Below are positions 15,931 through 24,082 of a stretch of 32,000 nt of DNA, in pieces. The number at the start of each line of letters is the position of its first letter. Within the stretch, counting starts at the first letter, position 1. Source of the DNA: Candidatus Nanosynbacter lyticus (GTDB lineage Bacteria > Patescibacteriota > Saccharimonadia > Saccharimonadales > Saccharimonadaceae); the NCBI RefSeq assembly GCF_000803625.1, contig NZ_CP007496.1:360001-392000 (forward strand), given 5' to 3'. Both the position numbers and the translations under genes were made by a program. The notes beneath the pieces were generated by a model. The model made no database searches. It saw nothing but the letters and a program-made list of their open reading frames with translations, and had not been told where the DNA came from.

Positions 15931-18453
15931 CTAGCTTTGAGCCGGCGGATTTTTAGATTCATCAACCTCTGAAATCGACCCAGTAGGCGGATAATTGCCT
16001 GAAGCCTGAATAGGCGCCGGTGGGTACTGGCCTGGCGATTGTTGATAATAACCCTGCGGCGGATATTGTTGTGAAGGCATAGGACTCTGCTGTGATGGAT
16101 ATTGCTGTGGGGACACAGGACCTTGCTGATAGACCTGTTGCTGATACGGCAACTGCTGCGGATACTGGCCGACTACATACTGCGGGTAGGCATTAAATTT
16201 TCGACGACTACTGACGGAAACGATAATGGCAATAATTGACACTATCAAGAATAATGCTCCCGTAGAGGCAATTACCACAACTACTACAACCATCACAGTG
16301 TCATTGTCCGTCTTATCTGTCTCGGACTTTTTATTCGCCCCAGCATCTGCTACGCCACCAGGCTCTTTGTCAGACTTTTTAGGTTCTACATAATCATCTG
16401 GTGTATTAGAAGCTACATCAATCATCTTTGTGACTAGATAATTGCCGGAGTATTTTTTATCAAGCTTCTCAAACTTATCTTTCGCCTTAGAATATTTACC
16501 CTGAGAGAAATCCTCTAAACCATCTTTCCATAGTTTAGTTAATTCGCCTTCAGACGAAAGCTTAACATTATTTTTCTTAGCCATGCTTTTCAGGTCGGCA
16601 ATATCACGGAAAACGCCACTTCCAAAACATGAATTATTCTTTTTATCACTGTTTGCACAGGCTGCACCACCATAAGTATTCAGCCCTATTTGCTTACCAT
16701 CTTTATCAAAAGCCGGACCGCCACTATTTCCAGCGGCAATTTGTGCCGTCATCGAGAATAATTTGTGACCACCAGCGTCTCTTCTCATGCCACTGACACT
16801 ACCCTGAGTTACTGTTGGCACAGTCTTAGCTTGCTTTGTTTGTGTGCCATTATCAACAACTGCTGGATAGCCAATTGCCGTTACCTGATCACCCTGAGAC
16901 AAACCATTACTATCACCTAAGTCAACTGCCGGGAATCTACCGTCAATCTTTAAAATTGCCACATCGGTTTTGTCGCTATTTAAATCCATCCTAGCCTGTC
17001 GCAAATTGACTTCTGCATCAATCTTCTTAGCGCTAACATTGGTCGGGGTCTTCTTCCATCTCGAAATTTCCGGATTACTTCTATCATGAACAATCGGGTC
17101 ATTTGAGGTCTGAATAATATAATCATATCGATCATTTTCTGACCGAATATTATCAATCGGCACGTTATCAATAAGACCTTGGATAGCTGCCGTTGCAGAC
17201 TGATCACCGCCCTGTGATTTTTTTATTAGATCAACTAGGGCTTGTCTGGTTATATAGCCAGCATTTATCATGAAATGACAATAAGTGTCCCACTGCTCTC
17301 TTGACCGCAGCCCCCTGATCATACTCTGGTTGGCGACTTCTGTCACATGGCCGTTTGTAGCAATATAGCCATCATCCGAAACAATTGAGCCGCTACCAAT
17401 CCCTCCAGTACACAGACCATTTAATCGCATAGTAGCACCATTTTGAGCTGTGTATATCATATCAGCGCAACGAATTGTCCCGACACGAACTGTAGAGATT
17501 TGGTTCCTAGCTACCACTTTAATAATAGATTTCTCATCTAAAGAATTTAGGGTATTTGTGGTATTCTTATCCTTCGAGAAATTCTCTACCTTAGCTAGGC
17601 TTATTCCCGAATCAGCCAGATGACCACTTCCGTCATTAGCGCTAACCAGATAACTCTCGTCTGGTTGATGGAAAGTAACAGCTCCCACTAACGATTCCAG
17701 CTGATCAATGTACGGCTGCATATATGCATTCTTGCTCAGCGCAAATATCGATATCCAGTAAGGTCTACCATTCTGGACAGTCATATATATTGTGCTCTCA
17801 CCAGTTTTCTGCCACTTACCGTCATAGGTACTTCCATAATCCACGACCAGTTTCTTAAACTGCAGACCAGAAATTGTCACATCGCCAGTGTGATATTTCA
17901 TATTTGGGTCTTTTTTCTTACGGCTATTGATATCGCCCTGAAGCAGCAGGTCTAAGTCGGAATATTTCTTAGTATCCTTATACTCATCGGGCATCGTCGA
18001 GCGGTCAAAATAGTTCTTCTTGCGCGAAGTTGTAATCGAAAGCTCTGGCATAATTTTCGTAAGTGAAAAGTTGCCATCTTTCTTATCTTTCTCTGGGTTC
18101 TGCCGATATATCAATTTAAGAATTGCGTAAGCGCGGCTTTCATTTAGTTCATCTTCACTGTATAAGTCGGCACGATATTCCTTACTGTTAGATTCTTTGC
18201 GAAGAACGTGGCCTTCACCAACAAACGTCTCCTTATCATATTGCAACGAAAATCCGTACTTAGAGACAACCTTACGATAATGCTGAGAGTTTTCCTCAGA
18301 AAGTAAGTCCTGAATCTTCTTCTTTGCTGAGCTACTAACGCCGGACGAACGATTATTATTAAGAACAACCACCCCAATAATGATTGAGATTAAAAAGATT
18401 ACACCTAGGACAATTGCTAAGATTCTTAATTTCTTAATTGATTTTTGATTCAT
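15931..18453 (-). CDS. membrane-anchored HtrA/trypsin-like serine protease with Pro/Gln/Tyr-rich C-terminal tail
   Basis: N-terminal TM (LAIVLGVIFLISIIIGVVVL); IVSDDGYIATNGHVTEV (His), TDVAILKIDG (Asp), AAGNSGGPAFDKDG (Ser); second TM VMVVVVVVIASTGALFLIVSIIAIIVSV; QP/Y-rich tail. Confidence 0.88.
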   Translation of the reverse strand: MNQKSIKKLRILAIVLGVIFLISIIIGVVVLNNNRSSGVSSSAKKKIQDLLSEENSQHYRKVVSKYGFSLQYDKETFVGEGHVLRKESNSKEYRADLYSEDELNESRAYAILKLIYRQNPEKDKKDGNFSLTKIMPELSITTSRKKNYFDRSTMPDEYKDTKKYSDLDLLLQGDINSRKKKDPNMKYHTGDVTISGLQFKKLVVDYGSTYDGKWQKTGESTIYMTVQNGRPYWISIFALSKNAYMQPYIDQLESLVGAVTFHQPDESYLVSANDGSGHLADSGISLAKVENFSKDKNTTNTLNSLDEKSIIKVVARNQISTVRVGTIRCADMIYTAQNGATMRLNGLCTGGIGSGSIVSDDGYIATNGHVTEVANQSMIRGLRSREQWDTYCHFMINAGYITRQALVDLIKKSQGGDQSATAAIQGLIDNVPIDNIRSENDRYDYIIQTSNDPIVHDRSNPEISRWKKTPTNVSAKKIDAEVNLRQARMDLNSDKTDVAILKIDGRFPAVDLGDSNGLSQGDQVTAIGYPAVVDNGTQTKQAKTVPTVTQGSVSGMRRDAGGHKLFSMTAQIAAGNSGGPAFDKDGKQIGLNTYGGAACANSDKKNNSCFGSGVFRDIADLKSMAKKNNVKLSSEGELTKLWKDGLEDFSQGKYSKAKDKFEKLDKKYSGNYLVTKMIDVASNTPDDYVEPKKSDKEPGGVADAGANKKSETDKTDNDTVMVVVVVVIASTGALFLIVSIIAIIVSVSSRRKFNAYPQYVVGQYPQQLPYQQQVYQQGPVSPQQYPSQQSPMPSQQYPPQGYYQQSPGQYPPAPIQASGNYPPTGSISEVDESKNPPAQS

Positions 18454-18465
18454 TTTATTACTACC

Positions 18466-18960
18466 TTACCTATAATTCACAAATTGCAGCGGCGTGTCAT
18501 AATCATTTTCACGCACTAAACTAATGACTTTTTGTAATTCATCTTTTGAAGCAGAGGTAACGCGGACGAGGTCGCCCTGGATTTGCGGTTTGGCCTTTGG
18601 AGCGTTGGTGCGAATATCTGCAGCAATCCGCTTTGCCATCGCTTGATCAAGACCCTGCTTAAACGGTATCTCCCAAGTAGTCTTCAGATTTGAAGTAACT
18701 TTTTCCTTAGTGAGGTCTAGAGATTTGCTTGACTGACCACGAGCCGCCAATTTCTTACGCACAATATCCAGTACCGCGTCAACCTGCCACTCATTATCAC
18801 CAGTGAGCTTCAAGCCTTTTTTATCATCCAGCCAGTCAATTCCAGCACTCGTCCCCTTAAAATCGTACCGCCCTTGGATTTCTTTTTCCGCCTGCATGAA
18901 TACGTTGTTCATCTCAGCTTTGTCAATTTCTGACACAATATCAAATGAAAAACTTGCCAT
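18466..18960 (-). CDS. yajQ: YajQ family nucleotide-binding protein
   Basis: MASFSFDIVSEIDKAEMNNVFMQAEKEIQGRYDFKGT ... SAsKDELQKVI; SD AGGAGG. Confidence 0.95.
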   Translation of the reverse strand: MASFSFDIVSEIDKAEMNNVFMQAEKEIQGRYDFKGTSAGIDWLDDKKGLKLTGDNEWQVDAVLDIVRKKLAARGQSSKSLDLTKEKVTSNLKTTWEIPFKQGLDQAMAKRIAADIRTNAPKAKPQIQGDLVRVTSASKDELQKVISLVRENDYDTPLQFVNYR

Positions 18961-18979
18961 TTATCCTCCTGTTTTCTCT

Positions 18980-18988
18980 ATTATAGCA
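18980..18988 (-). promoter_or_regulatory. extended -10 TGCTATAAT upstream of yajQ
   Basis: Reverse complement TTTTTGCTATAATAGAG; abuts the rpsG terminator. Confidence 0.6.
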
Positions 18989-19015
18989 AAAATCGCCCCT
19001 TCTACGGAGCGATTT
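18988..19015 (-). terminator. terminator after rpsG
   Basis: Reverse complement AAATCGCTCC-GTAGAA-GGGGCGATTTTT. Confidence 0.8.
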
Positions 19016-19039
19016 TCTAATTTTGCGTTTAGGCAACGA

Positions 19040-19519
19040 TTAGCCGCGAGCAAAGTGCGCAAAGGCACGGTTAGCTTCAGCCATCTTGTGAGTGTCTTCC
19101 TTCTTCTTGAAGGCAGCACCAGATTCGTTGTAAGCGTCAACGATTTCCAGTGCCAAACGCTGTGAGTATGGCATACCGCTGCGAGCACGGGCTGATTGCA
19201 CCAGCCAGCTAAACGCGTAGTGCAACTGACGGTGTCCCTGAACTGGGAACGGAATCTGGTAGTTAGCACCACCAACACGGCGGCTCTTCACTTCAAAGTT
19301 TGGACTGACGTTTTTCAATGCTTTCTCAAACACTGCCAGTGGATCTTCTGAATCCAATTTCTTAGCAGCCGTTTCCAGTGCGGTGTAAACAGCGCGCTCG
19401 GCCGCCAATTTCTTGCCGTCCAACATTGACTTGTTGATCAAACGCTGCACCAACACGCTTTGGTAGCGGCGGTCAGGTTGCAATTGGCGTTGTAGTTTTT
19501 TGGTAACTTTACGAGGCAT
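19040..19519 (-). CDS. rpsG: 30S ribosomal protein S7
   Basis: MPRKVTKKLQRQLQPDRRYQSVLVQRLINKSMLDGKK...VKSRRVGGANYQIPFPV. Confidence 0.98.
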   Translation of the reverse strand: MPRKVTKKLQRQLQPDRRYQSVLVQRLINKSMLDGKKLAAERAVYTALETAAKKLDSEDPLAVFEKALKNVSPNFEVKSRRVGGANYQIPFPVQGHRQLHYAFSWLVQSARARSGMPYSQRLALEIVDAYNESGAAFKKKEDTHKMAEANRAFAHFARG

Positions 19520-19521
19520 GA

Positions 19522-19935
19522 TTACTTATCCCCTTTCTTGGTACCGTACTTCGAACGGCCCCGCTTGCGGTTGTTGACACCCTGGAGGTCCAACGCGCCA
19601 CGGACAATGTGATAACGCACACCTGGAAGGTCAGGCACACGACCACCGCGGATTAAGACCACAGCGTGCTCCTGCAAGTTATGGCCTTCACCACCGATGT
19701 AAGCCCAGACTTCGTAGCCGTTGTTTAGTTTCACGCGGGCAACTTTACGCAAAGCCGAGTTTGGTTTCTTTGGCGTCTTGGTCGTCACACGCACACAAAC
19801 ACCACGCTTGAGCGGTGCATTCTGGTCGTAGTAACGCGTTTTCAGGGCGTTATGAATACGACCCAGTGCTGGCGACTTGGACTTTTTCTTAGCCGTTTGA
19901 CGCGGTTTACGCACCAATTGGTTGATAGTTGGCAT
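19522..19935 (-). CDS. rpsL: 30S ribosomal protein S12
   Basis: [13 protein letters not shown]...[20 protein letters not shown]...[25 protein letters not shown]; start at internal ATG 19935 with SD AAGGAG. Confidence 0.98.
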   Translation of the reverse strand: MPTINQLVRKPRQTAKKKSKSPALGRIHNALKTRYYDQNAPLKRGVCVRVTTKTPKKPNSALRKVARVKLNNGYEVWAYIGGEGHNLQEHAVVLIRGGRVPDLPGVRYHIVRGALDLQGVNNRKRGRSKYGTKKGDK

Positions 19936-20143
19936 CCAATTTCTCCTTGGTTTATTTACTAATACTGGCGATATTCGCCTAATGGCTCTAGCGGGCTGGT
20001 GTGGCATTGACACGAAAAAACCAGCTTCTCTTAGCGCCTACGGCTTGGATTCAGCAACTCCGCCCCGTGTCTATACCTTTTCTGCCGAGCATGCAGCCTG
20101 TACACATTCAAACCACCGCGCGCCCCGAAAAGAGGAAACTCTG
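19936..20143 (-). promoter_or_regulatory. long (~208 nt) structured 5' leader of rpsL-rpsG
   Basis: Distance from predicted -10 (20150-20155) to rpsL ATG; contains GGCGAATATCGCC and GCTGGT...ACCAGC hairpins. Confidence 0.55.
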
Positions 20144-20149
20144 TGAAAG

Positions 20150-20158
20150 ATTATAGCA
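20150..20158 (-). promoter_or_regulatory. extended -10 TGCTATAAT for rpsL-rpsG
   Basis: Reverse complement GTAATCTATGCTATAATC. Confidence 0.65.
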
Positions 20159-20181
20159 TAGATTACACGCAATTGCTATAG

Positions 20182-20213
20182 AAAAACCGCCCCGTACCCA
20201 TCGGAGCGGTTTT
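20182..20213 (-). terminator. terminator after rpoC
   Basis: Reverse complement AAAACCGCTCCG-ATGGGTA-CGGGGCGGTTTTT. Confidence 0.9.
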
Positions 20214-20235
20214 CTGAGAAAAGAAGCTGGTTGGC

Positions 20236-23200
20236 TTATGCAGCCACGACCAATTCCTCTTCCTGGTTGTCAGCGAACTCGTCCTCGCTTGGCTCGTCGG
20301 TTTCCGTCTCTTCGACGGCGCCAGTTCCCACTGGAATCTTGCGGCCGATGATGACGTTTTCTTTGAGGCCATGCAAGTGGTCAGCGCGGCCAGATACGGC
20401 AGCGTTGATCAAGACGCGAGTGGTGTCTTGGAAGGACGCAGCTGATAGCCATGAGTCGCTCCAGATGGACACCTTGGTGATACCGAGTAGCAACTGGGTG
20501 TAGCTGATGAGGTTTTTACCCTCAGCGGCTAGTTGCTTATTGGTGTTCACCACCGCAGCCTTGGAGACGATGTCGCCAGTCACGAAGTCGCTATCACCCG
20601 CATCTTCGATCTGGACGCGACTGAACATCTGGCGAACGATGATCTCCAGGTGCTTGTCGGCCACGTCTTGACCCTGAGCGGCGTAAATACGCAGCACTTC
20701 GTTGATGATGTAGCGCTGAGTTACCTCGACACCCTTCAGGCGCATCAAGTCGTGCAGGTTCAATGAACCGGCCGTCAAGCGGTCGCCAGCTTCGACGACG
20801 TCGTTAGCCTTGACAACCAATTGCATGGTGCCTGGGATTTCGTAACGAGCTGGTGCGCCAGCTTCAGCAGCGATAACCAAGGTGTCTTCAGCTGCTTCAA
20901 CCACACCGTCAAATGGTGCAATCAATGGACGAGCGTCATCTTCGCCAGTTGCCAGCACGTCGCCGGCCTTGACGCTTGAACCGGCCTTGACCACGATGGT
21001 TCGGCCATCTAGTGGCAAGCGCTCAACGTTGCCGGATTCTGGGGTAACTTGGACGATGTATTTCTTGCCATCTTCCCAAACGTCAACTAACCCGGCAATT
21101 TCCGTAACAAACGCCTGACCCTTTGGTGTGCGCGCCTCAAACAATTCTTCAACACGCGGCAGACCCTGGGTGATGTCACCACCGGCCACACCAGAGTTGT
21201 GGAAGGTACGCAATGTCAGCTGAGTACCCGGCTCACCGACTGACTGAGCAGCGATGACACCGACTGGCTGATGATTACCGACCAATTTACCAGTTGACAT
21301 ATCAACACCGTAGCTGCGCTGCGGGATGCCGTTGAGGTTATTGGTCGACAAGACTGATTGAATCTTGACACTTTGGATACTTTCATCATCATCAATTGAG
21401 TCAGCGATTTCACGAGTGATCAATTCGTCCTTGTTGACGTGACCTGGAATTGTCTCGGCGGCGTAACGACCAGCCAAGCGGTTCGAGAAGTCGATCATCG
21501 TTTCCTCAGTTTCTGAACGGTAGATTGCGTAACCTTCGTCGTCACCTTCAACGTCCTCAACCGTGAAGACGTCCTGCGCCACGTCGACCAAACGACGAGT
21601 CAGGTAGCCTGAGTCAGCAGTCTTGAGCGCGGTGTCGATCAGACCCTTACGTGCACCACGTGTTGCCACAAAGGCCTCAAGGCTGGACAAACCACCGGTG
21701 TAGGAGCTACGGATTGGCAGCTCAATTTCGTGGTTGGTTGCGTCCATCTGGATACCGATCATGGCGCTCGCCAGCTTCACGTTGGAAATATCACCACGAG
21801 CACCAGAGTTGACCATCATGGAAATACTGGTGTCCATGTGTGCTAGCTGTTCCTTCAAGAACGCGGTAATCTTATTGTCGACGTTTCGCCATGCGCTCAC
21901 TGTCAAGTTGTAACGCTCTTCTTCGGTGATCAGACCTTGGTCGAACTGCTCAGAAATCAAAGCTCCCTTAGCATCACCTTCTGCCACGAACTCAGAAATT
22001 TCATCAAAGTGAACGTAGTCAGTCATACCGGTTGACACGGCCGCAGTTGTCGCAAAGCGGAAAGCTTGCCCCTTCATGCGGTCAGCGATTTTAGCAGTCT
22101 CCTCGGCACCATACTTGTTAAAGATTTGTGCCAATACCTTCTTCAGCTGCTTCTTCGTCTGAACATTGTTGTCATACGGGAAGTCCTCTGGCAGAATCTC
22201 ATTAAAGAAGACACGGCCCAAAGTTGTCTGGCGCATTTCGCCCTTGGCAAAAATACGGATTGGGGTTTGCAATTGAATTGCACCCTTGTCGTACGCCATC
22301 TCTGCCTCGTAGACAGAGCTGTAGGTTTTGACATCGTCAGTCTGAGCTTGCGGCTTGTCGTAAGTTAGATAATAGTTACCCAGCACGATATCCTGTGAGA
22401 TGTGCAGCACCGGCGCACCATCAGCAGGCTTCAACAAGTTGGCGGTTGCGCTCATCAATTCGCGAGCCTCAGCCTGTGCTTCTTTGGAGAGTGGCAAGTG
22501 AACGGCCATCTGGTCACCGTCGAAGTCAGCGTTAAATCCAGCACAAACTAGTGGATGTAGTTGGATAGCTTTTCCTTCAACTAGAACTGGCTGAAAGGCC
22601 TGAATTGACAAACGGTGCAAGCTTGGTGCGCGGTTAAGCAGTACGTACTTACCTTCAATCGCTGAATCAAGCGCGTCCCAAACCACTGCCTCGCCAGCCT
22701 CAATTAGGCGTGAAGCTGAGCGAATATTGTGCGCAAATTCGTTCTTAATCAACCAACTAATAACAAACGGCTTGAACAATTCTAGTGCCATTTGCTTTGG
22801 CAAACCACATTGGTGAATCTTCAATTTTGGACCAACCACAATCACCGAACGACCAGAATAGTCAACGCGCTTACCAAGAAGGTTCTGACGGAAGCGACCC
22901 TGCTTACCCTTCAGCATGTCGCTCAAGCTCTTCAAGCTACGGCGACCACCAGTTGAGCTAACGGCGCGACCACGTGATGCTGAATTGTCAATCAAAGCAT
23001 CAACCGCTTCCTGCAGCATGCGCTTTTCATTGCGCTGAATAACTTCTGGTGCATTAAGTTCAATCAACTTCTTCAAGCGGTTGTTGCGGTTAATAATTCG
23101 GCGGTACAAGTCGTTCAAGTCAGATGTCGCAAATCGACCACCAGACAACGCCACCATCGGACGAAGATCCGGAGGAATCACTGGTAGAACCGTCATACAT

Positions 23201-24081
23201 AGGCTAGATGGCTTAATGCCGGCAGCTTCCATACTCTCCAACATCTTCAATCGCTTCAGTAGCTTCTTCTGTCGCTGACCCTTTGCTCCTTCAGCTTCTT
23301 CAGTCAATTCCTCAATTAGCTTTGGCAAATCAATATTATCCAGAAGTGACTTCACTGCGCTAGCACCCATGCCAACCTCAATCAGCTCGTCATACTCTTC
23401 CGGCAAATTGCGATATTCAGTCTCTGAAATCAGCGCGCCCTTATTTAAGCCTTCCAATTGCGACTTCTTACCGACGTAATTTTCTTCCAACTCTTCAACT
23501 TCACGACTCTGCTCTTTAGCTAATTGCTTAACGTCAGCGCCATCTTCCTCGGCCATTTTTTCATAGCGGAGTTTGATAGCTTTACGAGCCAAATCAGTTT
23601 CCGCTTCCAAATCTGCCAAATATTGATCACGAGTTTCTTCGTCAACGTTCAAGATAACGTAAGTTGCAAAGTAAACAATCTTCTCAATATTACGGACCGT
23701 CATGCCGAGGAGCTGACTCATAGCGCTTGGTGTGCCGCGCATAAACCAAATGTGCGCCACTGGTACTGCTAATTGGATGTGGCCCATTCGCTCACGACGA
23801 ACGATTGATTTAGTAACTAGCTCACCGTTCTTATCAACCGCAGCTTCGCGTGAACGTACGCCCTTTAATTTTGAGTCGTGCGGATTGATATCCTTAACCG
23901 GACCGAAGATTCGCTCACAGAACAATCCGTCGCGCTCTGGCTTTTGGGTGCGGTAGTTAATTGTCTCTGGCTTCAAAACCTCGCCGTAGCTCCATTTCAG
24001 AATGTCTTCTGGGCTAGCTACCGCCAAACGAACCGCGTCAAAATCGCTGATGCCCGTTGCGTTAAATGCAGAATTTGCCAT
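20236..24081 (-). CDS. rpoC: DNA-directed RNA polymerase subunit beta'
   Basis: NADFDGDQMAVHLPLS; GKRVDYSGRSVIVVGP. Confidence 0.99.
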   Translation of the reverse strand: MANSAFNATGISDFDAVRLAVASPEDILKWSYGEVLKPETINYRTQKPERDGLFCERIFGPVKDINPHDSKLKGVRSREAAVDKNGELVTKSIVRRERMGHIQLAVPVAHIWFMRGTPSAMSQLLGMTVRNIEKIVYFATYVILNVDEETRDQYLADLEAETDLARKAIKLRYEKMAEEDGADVKQLAKEQSREVEELEENYVGKKSQLEGLNKGALISETEYRNLPEEYDELIEVGMGASAVKSLLDNIDLPKLIEELTEEAEGAKGQRQKKLLKRLKMLESMEAAGIKPSSLCMTVLPVIPPDLRPMVALSGGRFATSDLNDLYRRIINRNNRLKKLIELNAPEVIQRNEKRMLQEAVDALIDNSASRGRAVSSTGGRRSLKSLSDMLKGKQGRFRQNLLGKRVDYSGRSVIVVGPKLKIHQCGLPKQMALELFKPFVISWLIKNEFAHNIRSASRLIEAGEAVVWDALDSAIEGKYVLLNRAPSLHRLSIQAFQPVLVEGKAIQLHPLVCAGFNADFDGDQMAVHLPLSKEAQAEARELMSATANLLKPADGAPVLHISQDIVLGNYYLTYDKPQAQTDDVKTYSSVYEAEMAYDKGAIQLQTPIRIFAKGEMRQTTLGRVFFNEILPEDFPYDNNVQTKKQLKKVLAQIFNKYGAEETAKIADRMKGQAFRFATTAAVSTGMTDYVHFDEISEFVAEGDAKGALISEQFDQGLITEEERYNLTVSAWRNVDNKITAFLKEQLAHMDTSISMMVNSGARGDISNVKLASAMIGIQMDATNHEIELPIRSSYTGGLSSLEAFVATRGARKGLIDTALKTADSGYLTRRLVDVAQDVFTVEDVEGDDEGYAIYRSETEETMIDFSNRLAGRYAAETIPGHVNKDELITREIADSIDDDESIQSVKIQSVLSTNNLNGIPQRSYGVDMSTGKLVGNHQPVGVIAAQSVGEPGTQLTLRTFHNSGVAGGDITQGLPRVEELFEARTPKGQAFVTEIAGLVDVWEDGKKYIVQVTPESGNVERLPLDGRTIVVKAGSSVKAGDVLATGEDDARPLIAPFDGVVEAAEDTLVIAAEAGAPARYEIPGTMQLVVKANDVVEAGDRLTAGSLNLHDLMRLKGVEVTQRYIINEVLRIYAAQGQDVADKHLEIIVRQMFSRVQIEDAGDSDFVTGDIVSKAAVVNTNKQLAAEGKNLISYTQLLLGITKVSIWSDSWLSAASFQDTTRVLINAAVSGRADHLHGLKENVIIGRKIPVGTGAVEETETDEPSEDEFADNQEEELVVAA

Positions 24082-24082
24082 C

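Noticed and set aside
19936-20013. N-terminal extension of the S12 ORF ([13 protein letters not shown]...)
   Set aside because: SD AAGGAG and the canonical [10 protein letters not shown] start at 19935 are clear; the extension is leader sequence.
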